Origin: Candidatus Parcubacteria bacterium
GTDB lineage: Bacteria > Patescibacteriota > Minisyncoccia > Phycocordibacterales > UBA2100
Assembly (NCBI GenBank): GCA_039798465.1
Contig: JBDKGA010000056.1
Span: 1 to 24,000, forward strand
DNA: 24,000 nt
Direction of reading: 5' to 3'
In this document: piece by piece, positions 14,012 through 21,531 of the stretch
Layout: every line of letters begins with the position of its first letter
Numbering within the stretch: the first letter of the stretch is position 1
Notes under the pieces: generated by a model
The model's database searches: none
The model's input: the letters and a program-made list of their open reading frames with translations, nothing else
Told to the model about the DNA's origin: nothing
Position numbers and translations under genes: made by a program

Positions 14012-14017
14012 CACTAT

Positions 14018-14488
14018 ATGCGCACCATAGCTATAGATCCAGGATTTGGCCGCTGCGGCGTAGCTATTGTCGAAAAAGAAAACGGTACACCTCGCCTCCT
14101 TGCCTCTCTTTGTATAGAAACAACTGCAAAGCTCCCCTTCCCCGAGCGACTTGGGATTGTCCTCGAGGAGTGCGAAAAGCTCATCGATACATACAAACCC
14201 ACCGCACTCGCGCTCGAAAAACTCTATTTTTCAAATAATCAAAAAACTGCGATGCAGGTGGCGGAGGTGCGAGGCGGACTCATTGGATTGGGCGCACGAT
14301 ACGGGCTTGCTCTCTCAGAGTACACGCCCGGCGAAATAAAGAGCGCAGTGACTGGAAACGGTCGTGCCGATAAAACACAAATCGCAAAAATGATTCCTCT
14401 CCTCATAAAACTCAATAAGCCGATACGACTCGATGATGAGTACGACGCAATAGCGGTGGGACTCACCCATCTCGCGCGAGTGCGCTAA
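14018..14488 (+). CDS. ruvC: Holliday junction resolvase RuvC
   Basis: Begins IAIDPGFGRCGVAIVE (catalytic Asp). Also has ALEKLYFSNNQKTAMQVAEVRG, EYTPGEIKSAVTGNGRADKTQI and DEYDAIAVGLTH. Confidence 0.93.
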   Translation: MRTIAIDPGFGRCGVAIVEKENGTPRLLASLCIETTAKLPFPERLGIVLEECEKLIDTYKPTALALEKLYFSNNQKTAMQVAEVRGGLIGLGARYGLALSEYTPGEIKSAVTGNGRADKTQIAKMIPLLIKLNKPIRLDDEYDAIAVGLTHLARVR

Positions 14489-14516
14489 AGGTCTTTTTGC
14501 GCTATAGTAAATTGTA

Positions 14517-16985
14517 TTGAAAGACCTTCGCAATCATAAGCATGTGCGCCAAGCCCAGGCACACGTCGGGACATTTGTCTCACGTATGCCAAAACACAAA
14601 TATCTGCCCAAGTGGGTGTTTGCCCTTGGTGCCGCAGTAGTACTTATTGTGGTGTTCCTTACCGGTGCATTTGCTGCCTGGGCCATGGTGGTAACCATCC
14701 CTTCTATAGACAACTTTGAGAATAGAAAGGTCGCAGAATCAACAAAAATCTTTGACCGTACCGGGAATATCGTGCTCTACGATGTGCACGGCACTGTGCG
14801 ACGCACCACTGTTCCCCTCGAAGCCATTTCCCCGTATGTTCAGCAAGCAACTATCGCCATAGAAGACGCCGAGTTTTATCAGCACCACGGATTCCGCCCT
14901 CAGGCATTTATTCGTGCAGTGATTGCCAACATTACCTCTGGCTCATACGCGCAGGGGGGTTCCACAATCACACAGCAGGTTGTCAAAAATACGCTCCTCA
15001 CTGATCACAAAACTGTCTGGCGTAAGCTGGGAGAAATTATCTTGGCACTCCGCTTGGAGCGCGTCTACTCAAAAGATCAAATTCTCGAAACCTACCTCAA
15101 CGAAATCGGCTACGGTGGTACTGTCTATGGTGTCCAGGAAGCGAGTCAGTACTTCTTTGGAGTAGATGCAAAGGATGTCGACCTGGCTCAGGCAGCCTAC
15201 CTCGCAGCGCTTCCGCAAGCACCAACACGCCTCTCCCCTTTTGGAAACCACCGAGACGAACTCGAGAACCGAAAGAATCTTGTTCTCCTAAAAATGGAGG
15301 AGCACGACCTCATCAGCCCCGAAGAGCGCGCGCAAGCCGCTGCAGAAAAAGTTCAATTCCGTGGCAAACAGGAGGCAGGCATTAAAGCACCGCACTTTGT
15401 ATTCTATGTACGTGAATACCTGGAGCAAAAATATGGCGCTGATGCAGTAGAACAGGACGGTCTCCGTGTAATCACCACGATTGATTATGAGCTCCAACAA
15501 AAAGCAGAAGCTATCGTATACAAACATGCGCTTCGCAATGACAAAAATTTCAACGCATCAAATGCGGCGCTCGTTGCCGTGGAGCCAAAGACGGGACATA
15601 TCATTGCAATGGTCGGATCACGCGATTACTTCGACACAACAATAGACGGCAATGTAAACGTGGCCGTCGCACACCGCCAACCAGGCTCTTCATTCAAGCC
15701 CTTTGTCTACGCCGCAGCACTCGAAAAAGGATACACACCCGAAACGGTAGTGTTTGACCTCAAAACCCAATTTTCGGTAGCATGCCAACCAACAGACGTG
15801 CTCAAAGAAGAAGCTCCGTGCTACTCCCCCGGTAACTACGATGGTAATTTCCGCGGCCCTATGACCATGCGCAACGCCCTGGCCCAATCTCAAAATATAC
15901 CGGCCGTAAAATTCCTCTACCTAGCAGGCATTAATAATGCGCTCAAGATGGCACGCAATCTGGGAATCACCACGCTCGCGGGTGCCGATAGGTACGGCCT
16001 GACACTGGTGCTTGGTGGTGGCGAAGTAACTCTCCTTGAGATGACGGGTGCGTATGCGGTTTTTGCGAACGACGGTGTCCGCAATGCTCCCACCGGAATC
16101 TTGCGTGTCGAGGACAAACACGGAAACATTCTCGAAAGCTACGAGGAAAAAAGCGAGCAAGTTGTCGATAGTCAGGTGGCGCGACAGATAAGCAACATAT
16201 TGTCGGACAACGTCGCACGTACCCCCGAATTTGGCGCCAATTCCCCACTTAATTTCCCCGGATACAACGTGGCAGATAAAACAGGTACCACCAACGATTT
16301 CCGCGACACGTGGATTGTCGGCTACACACCAGGTATTGCCGTGGGAGCGTGGGCCGGAAACAACGACAACAGCCCCATGGAGAAAAAGATAGCAGCATTT
16401 ATTGTGGCGCCTATGTGGCACGAATTTATGGAACTCGCACTCGCCCAATACCCGAGCGAAGACTTTGTGCCGCCATCCCCCGAGGCTGACAATCTCCCGC
16501 CGGTGCTTCTCGGTAACTGGAATGCAAATCCCAATGTTGGCGTACACGACATTCTCTACTGGGTAAACAAAGATAATCCTCGTGGTGGTGCACCCGCAAA
16601 CCCATTTGCTGATTCACAGACCGCGCACTGGGAGTATCCCGTGCAACTGTGGGCAGCAGGTATCACACTCACCAGCTCCAGCACCGCAACGTTTGGCGGA
16701 GTTGGTGATATTCCCTCTGCTAACGGCCCTCAGCTCATCATAAACTCGCCAGGAAGCGGCCAATATTACCCGTGGGGCCTCCCTATCACTGCTAGTGCGT
16801 CTGTGGCGGGCGCTTCCGTTGAAAGTGTTGCCTACTACGCCGATGGTGTATCTCTTGGTAGTTCTTCACAGGCACCGTATCCAGTTGCCTTTAACCCTGG
16901 TCGCCATGGCCCTATGGTATTGCGCGCTGTTGCGCAAACAAGCGCCGGCCCCCTCGAGGCCAGTGTCACCTTTGTGGTGCAGTGA
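14517..16985 (+). CDS. Class A penicillin-binding protein (PBP1A-type glycosyltransferase + transpeptidase) with a C-terminal Ig-like extension
   Basis: GT51 motifs IEDAEFYQHHGF and GGSTITQQVVKN. Transpeptidase motifs SSFKP, SQN and KTGTT. The ~170-aa C-terminal extension ends in an Ig-like segment (VAYYADGVSLGSS..PYPVAFNPGRHGPMVLRAVAQTSAG). The start is uncertain: TTG at 14517, or ATG at 14586 (MPKHKYLPKW + TM). Confidence 0.9.
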   Translation: MKDLRNHKHVRQAQAHVGTFVSRMPKHKYLPKWVFALGAAVVLIVVFLTGAFAAWAMVVTIPSIDNFENRKVAESTKIFDRTGNIVLYDVHGTVRRTTVPLEAISPYVQQATIAIEDAEFYQHHGFRPQAFIRAVIANITSGSYAQGGSTITQQVVKNTLLTDHKTVWRKLGEIILALRLERVYSKDQILETYLNEIGYGGTVYGVQEASQYFFGVDAKDVDLAQAAYLAALPQAPTRLSPFGNHRDELENRKNLVLLKMEEHDLISPEERAQAAAEKVQFRGKQEAGIKAPHFVFYVREYLEQKYGADAVEQDGLRVITTIDYELQQKAEAIVYKHALRNDKNFNASNAALVAVEPKTGHIIAMVGSRDYFDTTIDGNVNVAVAHRQPGSSFKPFVYAAALEKGYTPETVVFDLKTQFSVACQPTDVLKEEAPCYSPGNYDGNFRGPMTMRNALAQSQNIPAVKFLYLAGINNALKMARNLGITTLAGADRYGLTLVLGGGEVTLLEMTGAYAVFANDGVRNAPTGILRVEDKHGNILESYEEKSEQVVDSQVARQISNILSDNVARTPEFGANSPLNFPGYNVADKTGTTNDFRDTWIVGYTPGIAVGAWAGNNDNSPMEKKIAAFIVAPMWHEFMELALAQYPSEDFVPPSPEADNLPPVLLGNWNANPNVGVHDILYWVNKDNPRGGAPANPFADSQTAHWEYPVQLWAAGITLTSSSTATFGGVGDIPSANGPQLIINSPGSGQYYPWGLPITASASVAGASVESVAYYADGVSLGSSSQAPYPVAFNPGRHGPMVLRAVAQTSAGPLEASVTFVVQ

Positions 16986-17012
16986 TGCCTCTCTACCTAT
17001 TGAGAGGCATCA
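16983..17012. terminator. Perfect 11-bp inverted repeat (TGATGCCTCTC / GAGAGGCATCA), a bidirectional hairpin at the PBP1A/dnaN convergence
   Basis: The 5' arm contains the PBP1A TGA stop. The loop and 3' arm lie inside the last codons of dnaN. Confidence 0.5.
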
Positions 17013-18087
17013 CAAGGTAGAGGAATGATGCATCTCCCACACCACGGATAACGAGCGGGCGGCCAACACCGGCAAACGATAGTGTAATCGAGTCCGAAGG
17101 TATTGAGCTGAGGCAGTCAGACAAATACCCTATGTGGAAATTAATGTCTAAATCTTCACCGGAAATTGCGGCCTCGAGAGAGTCGTCCATCTCCCCCACG
17201 GTGGCACTCTGTGCTGTTGCAGTAAATACTTTGCGCTTTGGATACATATGAAGCCCTACTTGTGATTCGGCACCAGCAAATACACGTGCCTTGCGAAGCA
17301 TATCGACGACATCTGCACGCAACACTGTTACGGTTGTTGCGGTATCTTTCGGAATAATATCTTTGTAGTTGGGGAATGTTCCATCAATCACACGAGACAC
17401 AAATCGCGTTCCATCACCAGAGACGGTGAGTTGGGAATCATCTGAAACCACCTCGACCGTATCGCTTGTTATGCGCTCGAGCACATGCACGAGCTCTACC
17501 GCATGCTTGAGCGGAACAAGAATGTCTCCCCCATCTTCTGAAAAAGTTGCAGGTACTGTCTTTTCGGCGAGACGAAACGAGTCTGTTGCCACACACACGA
17601 GAGACTGCGCACGAAGACCTACCAACACACTTCCGAGCTCTGGGCGAATCATTGAGGGAGAGGCAGCATATGATACTGCCTGGATTCCAGAGAGGAGCGC
17701 TGAGCGCGGCACCAAAACTCCCTTTTTGTGCGACCCTTCAAGCTGTGGAAATTCATCGGGAGAAACAGCTTTTATGAGAGTACGGGTTCCTTTTGATTCA
17801 ATGCGAACATTTCCTTCGTCTGTTTTTATAGACACCTTGTCTCCTGATATGGAGCGGATGGTCTGGGAAAGAATACCGGCAGGAAGCGCTACAACACCTT
17901 TCTCTTTTACCTCGCACGGTATTTGTATTTCTATACCCGCTTCGAGATTAGTGCTACGAACAATGCACACATCAGACACATCAAGAAGCACACAAGAGAG
18001 TACCGGTAGTGATTCTTTTTTTCCCACCAACCGTTCCGCGAGTGCAGTGGCCGCAATCAATTTTTCCTTGCTGATAGTTATTTCCAT
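16993..18087 (-). CDS. dnaN: DNA polymerase III beta sliding clamp
   Basis: Starts MEITISKEKLIAATALAERLVGKKESLPVLSCVLLDV. It is 364 aa and lies directly downstream of dnaA. The 59 codons upstream of this ATG in the ORF-track model are not protein-like. Confidence 0.92.
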   Translation of the reverse strand: MEITISKEKLIAATALAERLVGKKESLPVLSCVLLDVSDVCIVRSTNLEAGIEIQIPCEVKEKGVVALPAGILSQTIRSISGDKVSIKTDEGNVRIESKGTRTLIKAVSPDEFPQLEGSHKKGVLVPRSALLSGIQAVSYAASPSMIRPELGSVLVGLRAQSLVCVATDSFRLAEKTVPATFSEDGGDILVPLKHAVELVHVLERITSDTVEVVSDDSQLTVSGDGTRFVSRVIDGTFPNYKDIIPKDTATTVTVLRADVVDMLRKARVFAGAESQVGLHMYPKRKVFTATAQSATVGEMDDSLEAAISGEDLDINFHIGYLSDCLSSIPSDSITLSFAGVGRPLVIRGVGDASFLYLVMPLNR

Positions 18088-18340
18088 ATTGTTAAGAATT
18101 ACTAATACTATTAGGGGTGTTGATACTGTGGAGAAGTCCCAAAAACGTAGGAATGGAGGCATTTTTTGACACCACACTACTGGGGAAAACATGAGGAGAG
18201 TGTGTGGTGAGTGAGGTGGAAAACACACTAGCAACTTTCTTTGAAACTTTTCCCCACACAACACCCTGTCTTGTTCTTGAGTTATACATATGTTTTCCCA
18301 AAGTTATTCTACGGAGTATCCACAGATTATGTGTGGATAA
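18088..18340. other. Candidate oriC: AT-rich unwinding element plus a DnaA-box cluster in the dnaA-dnaN spacer
   Basis: The AT-rich tract 18088-18114 is ~85% A+T. Boxes: 18127-18135 (rc TTCTCCACA), 18215-18223 (rc TTTTCCACC), 18250-18258 (TTCCCCACA), 18316-18324 (GTATCCACA) and 18332-18340 (rc TTATCCACA, perfect). Confidence 0.6.
18316..18340. promoter_or_regulatory. Inverted pair of DnaA boxes flanking the dnaA stop codon
   Basis: GTATCCACA (18316-18324, 8/9 match) and TGTGGATAA (18332-18340, a perfect TTATCCACA on the minus strand) are 7 bp apart. Confidence 0.6.
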
Positions 18341-19679
18341 TTCCTTTGATGTGTTCGATTTCTTGTTCGAGTGCGTTGTTTGTCTTCACTTCCTCTTTTA
18401 CTTTTTCGCACGAGTGTATAACTGTCGTATGATCGCGACCACCAAGCTTTTCTCCTATCGAGGGATAAGACACATTGAATTCTTCTCGCAAGATATACAT
18501 GATGACCTGACGCGGACGCACGACTTCTTTCTTGCGAGTCTTTTCGTAAATACTTTTTTCGGGCACTTCGTAGTACTGGGCAACTTTACGTACAACATCT
18601 TCCACTGATACTCCCCTGTTTGGTTTGGTGGTGTGTTTGAGGAGTGCTCGCACGTCAGCGATAGTTATACCCTTGCCTTTGTACTGAGACTTACACACTA
18701 TCGTGTTTACGATTCCTTCGAGTTCACGTATGTTTCCGCGCGAGTGCTCGGCGATGTGGGCGATAATGTCTTCGGGGAGAGAAAAACCATGCTGTTCGAT
18801 TTTTGCACGGATAATCTGAGAACGTGACTCAAAGTCGGGTTCAGGTATTTCGGCTATCATGCCTGCCGAAAAGCGTCCCTTGAGGCGCTCCTCAAATCCA
18901 GGGAGGAGTGCAGGGTGTTTATCAGATGAGAAAACAATTTGTTTATTGTTGTCGCGCATTGCGTTGAACAAATGGAAGAGCTCCTCCTGAGTCTTTTCTG
19001 TATTGGCGATGAATTGGATATCATCCATGATGAGAAGATCGTACTGGCGGTATTGATCTTTGAAGCTATTTGCCCGCCCCACACGCACTGCGTTTATGTA
19101 ATCTATCGCAAAACGCTCGGAGGTTACATAAAACACTTTTTTGCTCGGATTTGTTTTCTTAAACTGGTTTCCAACACCCTGTATAAGATGTGTCTTGCCG
19201 TGTCCTGTAGACCCATAGATAAAGAGAGGGTTGTAGGTGAGCCCCGGGCGCTCCAACACAGCCTTGGTGGCGGCAAAAGCGAGCTCATTGAAGGGGCCCA
19301 CAATAAAGGTGTCAAAGGTGTAGCGGGGATTGAGGTTGTCGCGCTTGTCGATATAGAGAGATTGGAGATCGAGCGAGGCGTTTCCGGGGGCAGGTGCTTT
19401 GGGGGTGCGGCGCTCGGCCGAAGCGGTTGGTGAGCGATGTACCGCGTATTCCACAGCTCGGATGGTGTTGTCGATACCGCGCAGTGCGCTCAGGATGAGT
19501 TTGTGGTGCTTCTCCATGAGCCACTCTTTGACTATCTTACTGGGCACCGCTAAATGAATAGTGCCGGCATCCCTATTTACAATGTCGGTATTTTTAAACC
19601 ATGTCTTAAAACTTGCTTCCGAGGTACCAAGTTCTATCTGTACGAGGGCATTTTGCCAGAGTTCTCTATTGGTGAGCAT
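18327..19679 (-). CDS. dnaA: Chromosomal replication initiator DnaA
   Basis: Walker A GSTGHGKTHL, Walker B LLIMDDIQF, sensor GNIRELEG. The C-terminal HTH is RPRQVIMYILRE...SYPSIGEKLGGRDHTTVIHSCEKV. I prefer the ATG at 19679 (MLTNRELWQN...); the ORF-track start at 19709 is TTG. Confidence 0.96.
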   Translation of the reverse strand: MLTNRELWQNALVQIELGTSEASFKTWFKNTDIVNRDAGTIHLAVPSKIVKEWLMEKHHKLILSALRGIDNTIRAVEYAVHRSPTASAERRTPKAPAPGNASLDLQSLYIDKRDNLNPRYTFDTFIVGPFNELAFAATKAVLERPGLTYNPLFIYGSTGHGKTHLIQGVGNQFKKTNPSKKVFYVTSERFAIDYINAVRVGRANSFKDQYRQYDLLIMDDIQFIANTEKTQEELFHLFNAMRDNNKQIVFSSDKHPALLPGFEERLKGRFSAGMIAEIPEPDFESRSQIIRAKIEQHGFSLPEDIIAHIAEHSRGNIRELEGIVNTIVCKSQYKGKGITIADVRALLKHTTKPNRGVSVEDVVRKVAQYYEVPEKSIYEKTRKKEVVRPRQVIMYILREEFNVSYPSIGEKLGGRDHTTVIHSCEKVKEEVKTNNALEQEIEHIKGIIHT

Positions 19680-19685
19680 CGGGTC

Positions 19686-19691
19686 ATTATA
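19686..19691 (-). promoter_or_regulatory. Consensus -10 TATAAT (minus strand), 6 nt upstream of the dnaA ATG
   Basis: The reverse complement reads TATAAT-gacccg-ATG(19679). No SD. Confidence 0.55.
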
Positions 19692-19747
19692 CGCGTGCAC
19701 AATCTCCAAAAAAGTTTTACACCACCACCCACGGGGTGTGTATATGC

Positions 19748-19756
19748 TGTGGAAAA
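19748..19756 (-). promoter_or_regulatory. DnaA box (TTTTCCACA on the minus strand) in the dnaA-rpmH divergent region
   Basis: Matches TTWTNCACA. A second, weaker box, TTTTACACC, lies at 19715-19723. Confidence 0.45.
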
Positions 19757-19810
19757 GCTGGGGACAAGTCTAATCGGGCCTCCCCTGTTGTGCTGGGTCG
19801 AAAAATAGGC

Positions 19811-19816
19811 TATATT
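19811..19816 (+). promoter_or_regulatory. -10 hexamer TATATT, 7 nt upstream of the rpmH ATG
   Basis: TATATT-cctgtgc-ATG(19824). No SD. Confidence 0.5.
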
Positions 19817-19823
19817 CCTGTGC

Positions 19824-19958
19824 ATGAAGCGAGTATATCAACCGAAGAAGCGCAAGCGCAGCCGCACACACGGTTTTCTCAAGCGCACTCAGACCCGCAC
19901 TGGCCGTGCCATGCTTTTGCGTCGTCGCCGCAAGGGTCGCGCTAGCCTCTCGGCATAA
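19824..19958 (+). CDS. rpmH: 50S ribosomal protein L34 (below the ORF-track cutoff)
   Basis: Hand translation: [44 protein letters not shown]. This is the canonical L34 sequence, in the conserved position upstream of rnpA. Confidence 0.95.
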   Translation: MKRVYQPKKRKRSRTHGFLKRTQTRTGRAMLLRRRRKGRASLSA

Positions 19959-19961
19959 GCC

Positions 19962-20309
19962 ATGCCTAGAGAGCTTCGTCTCTCTCGCGAGGAGCTCAAA
20001 ACACTACTGGGCAGCCGCCCCCCGCGTCTCAGGGGTGTTTTTCTCGATGTTGCATATGGGACTGCGCTCTCGGGACCCAAAGCCGCTTGTGTGGTGTCTA
20101 AAAAAACACTTCCCCGTGCAGTAGATAGGGTGCATGTGCGTCGAAAAATAAAAGCAATTGTATCTTCCTCTCTCTCGGAGATTCACACACCTATTAGCGT
20201 AGTGTTTTTTGTTCGCGCCAATGCGCTCGAGGCTAGTCATGAGAAACTAGCGCTCGATATTCAAAACCTAGTGGAAAAGGCACTTATCTCGTACAATAGT
20301 CGCACATGA
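19962..20309 (+). CDS. rnpA: RNase P protein component
   Basis: 115 aa and basic. KKTLPRAVDRVHVRRKIKAIV matches the RNR motif region. It lies 3 nt after rpmH, and its stop overlaps the yidC start (ATGA). Confidence 0.88.
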   Translation: MPRELRLSREELKTLLGSRPPRLRGVFLDVAYGTALSGPKAACVVSKKTLPRAVDRVHVRRKIKAIVSSSLSEIHTPISVVFFVRANALEASHEKLALDIQNLVEKALISYNSRT

Positions 20310-21028
20310 TAGGAAATCTATTCCATACGTTTGTATTTCTCCCCCTCTACAATGGCCTCGTGTTTTTGGTAGACGTGATGCCCGGCCACGATGTGGGGCT
20401 TGCGGTCATCGCGCTTACTATTATTGTGCGCATCTTTCTCATTCCCCTCTCTCGCAAGGCGGTTCAGGCACAGATGGTAGCAAAAGAACTTGCCCCCCAG
20501 ATAGAGGAGCTCAAAAAGAAGCATGCAAAAGATAAAGAAGCCCAAGGGAAAGCCATCTTTGCTCTCTACAAAGAAAAAGGCGTCCACCCATTTGCGGGCC
20601 TCGGACTCGTTTTGTTGCAGTTCCCTGTGCTGGTAGGTTTGTACTGGGTATTTTCACACGGGGGTCTGCCAAGCATAGACGCGACGTGGCTCTACGCATT
20701 TGTACAGGCACCCGCCACTATCCAAATGGATTTTCTGGGAATGATACCCATGGCGGGCAATAGCATACTTCTTGCCTCCACAGCTGCTATTTCTCAGCTT
20801 GTGTACACACGCCTTTCTATGGGTGCTCCTGCGGCGAAGGCCAGCACGCCCGTTGAGGCGACTCTTTCGGAGGACATGATGCGCAGCTTTGATATGCAGG
20901 CTCGCTATGTGTTGCCGGTCTTCATAGGCTTTATTTCGTACTATATTGCCGCCGCCGCGCCACTCTACTGGACTACCAGCAATATATTCATGATAGTGCA
21001 GGAGTACGTAACCGGTAAGCGGTTCTAG
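20306..21028 (+). CDS. yidC: Membrane protein insertase YidC (short form)
   Basis: 240 aa. Has IIVRIFLIPLSRKAVQAQMVAKELAPQIEELKKKHAKDKEAQGKAIFALYKEKGVHPFAG and multiple TM helices. It follows the rpmH-rnpA-yidC-jag synteny. Confidence 0.92.
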   Translation: MIGNLFHTFVFLPLYNGLVFLVDVMPGHDVGLAVIALTIIVRIFLIPLSRKAVQAQMVAKELAPQIEELKKKHAKDKEAQGKAIFALYKEKGVHPFAGLGLVLLQFPVLVGLYWVFSHGGLPSIDATWLYAFVQAPATIQMDFLGMIPMAGNSILLASTAAISQLVYTRLSMGAPAAKASTPVEATLSEDMMRSFDMQARYVLPVFIGFISYYIAAAAPLYWTTSNIFMIVQEYVTGKRF

Positions 21029-21051
21029 TTTTGCGCGAAACGAGGTGGTGG

Positions 21052-21060
21052 TGGTATAGT
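21052..21060 (+). promoter_or_regulatory. Extended -10 (TGgTATAGT), 6 nt upstream of the jag ATG at 21067
   Basis: TGgTATAGT-gccccc-ATG. This argues for the ATG at 21067 rather than the TTG at 21031. Confidence 0.5.
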
Positions 21061-21066
21061 GCCCCC

Positions 21067-21531
21067 ATGGACATGATTGTAGAAAACACCCTCCGAGAGT
21101 TTCTCGCCAAGGCAGGTATTGCCTGTTCGGGAATTGAGAAACAGACAATCGCGGGACAGACTGTTTTTTCTATACAAACCACAGACACCGCTTCGCTCAT
21201 TGGTGCCCACGGAGACACTATCTATGCCATAGATATGCTCGTAAAGAAGCTTGTTGAACGAGCAACAAAAACTGCCGAGAATGCTGAAGAGCCCCTCTTT
21301 CTCATTGACGTCGGTGGATACCGGTCACAAAAACTAACCGAACTCGAAACAAAGGCGCTCATGATGGCGGATAGAGCTCGCTCCTTTCAGTACGACGTAG
21401 AGCTCTCCCCCATGAGTGCATACGAGCGACTCATCGTGCACACTGTGCTCAGCAATCAGCCTCAAATAAAGACAGAATCACAAGGAGAAGGACGTGGTCG
21501 TCGCGTAGTAATCAAATACCAGGCAGCCTAG
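21067..21531 (+). CDS. jag: Jag/KhpB-like RNA-binding protein (KH + R3H)
   Basis: C-terminal R3H segment ELSPMSAYERLIVHTVLSNQPQIKTESQGEGRGRRVVIKY. It holds the conserved position after yidC. Confidence 0.85.
   Translation: MDMIVENTLREFLAKAGIACSGIEKQTIAGQTVFSIQTTDTASLIGAHGDTIYAIDMLVKKLVERATKTAENAEEPLFLIDVGGYRSQKLTELETKALMMADRARSFQYDVELSPMSAYERLIVHTVLSNQPQIKTESQGEGRGRRVVIKYQAA

Noticed and set aside
14488-14528. 9-bp inverted repeat AAGGTCTTT/AAAGACCTT enclosing the TATAGT box and the TTG start of PBP1A, a possible regulatory hairpin
   Set aside because: A perfect 9-bp inverted repeat with a loop of 30 nt or less is expected ~2-3 times by chance in 24 kb. The loop is long (23 nt) and there is no supporting feature.
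17369-18169. 266-aa plus-strand ORF
   Set aside because: It is entirely antisense to dnaN, which has an unmistakable clamp sequence. Its Ser/Thr/Arg-rich composition is typical of a shadow frame.
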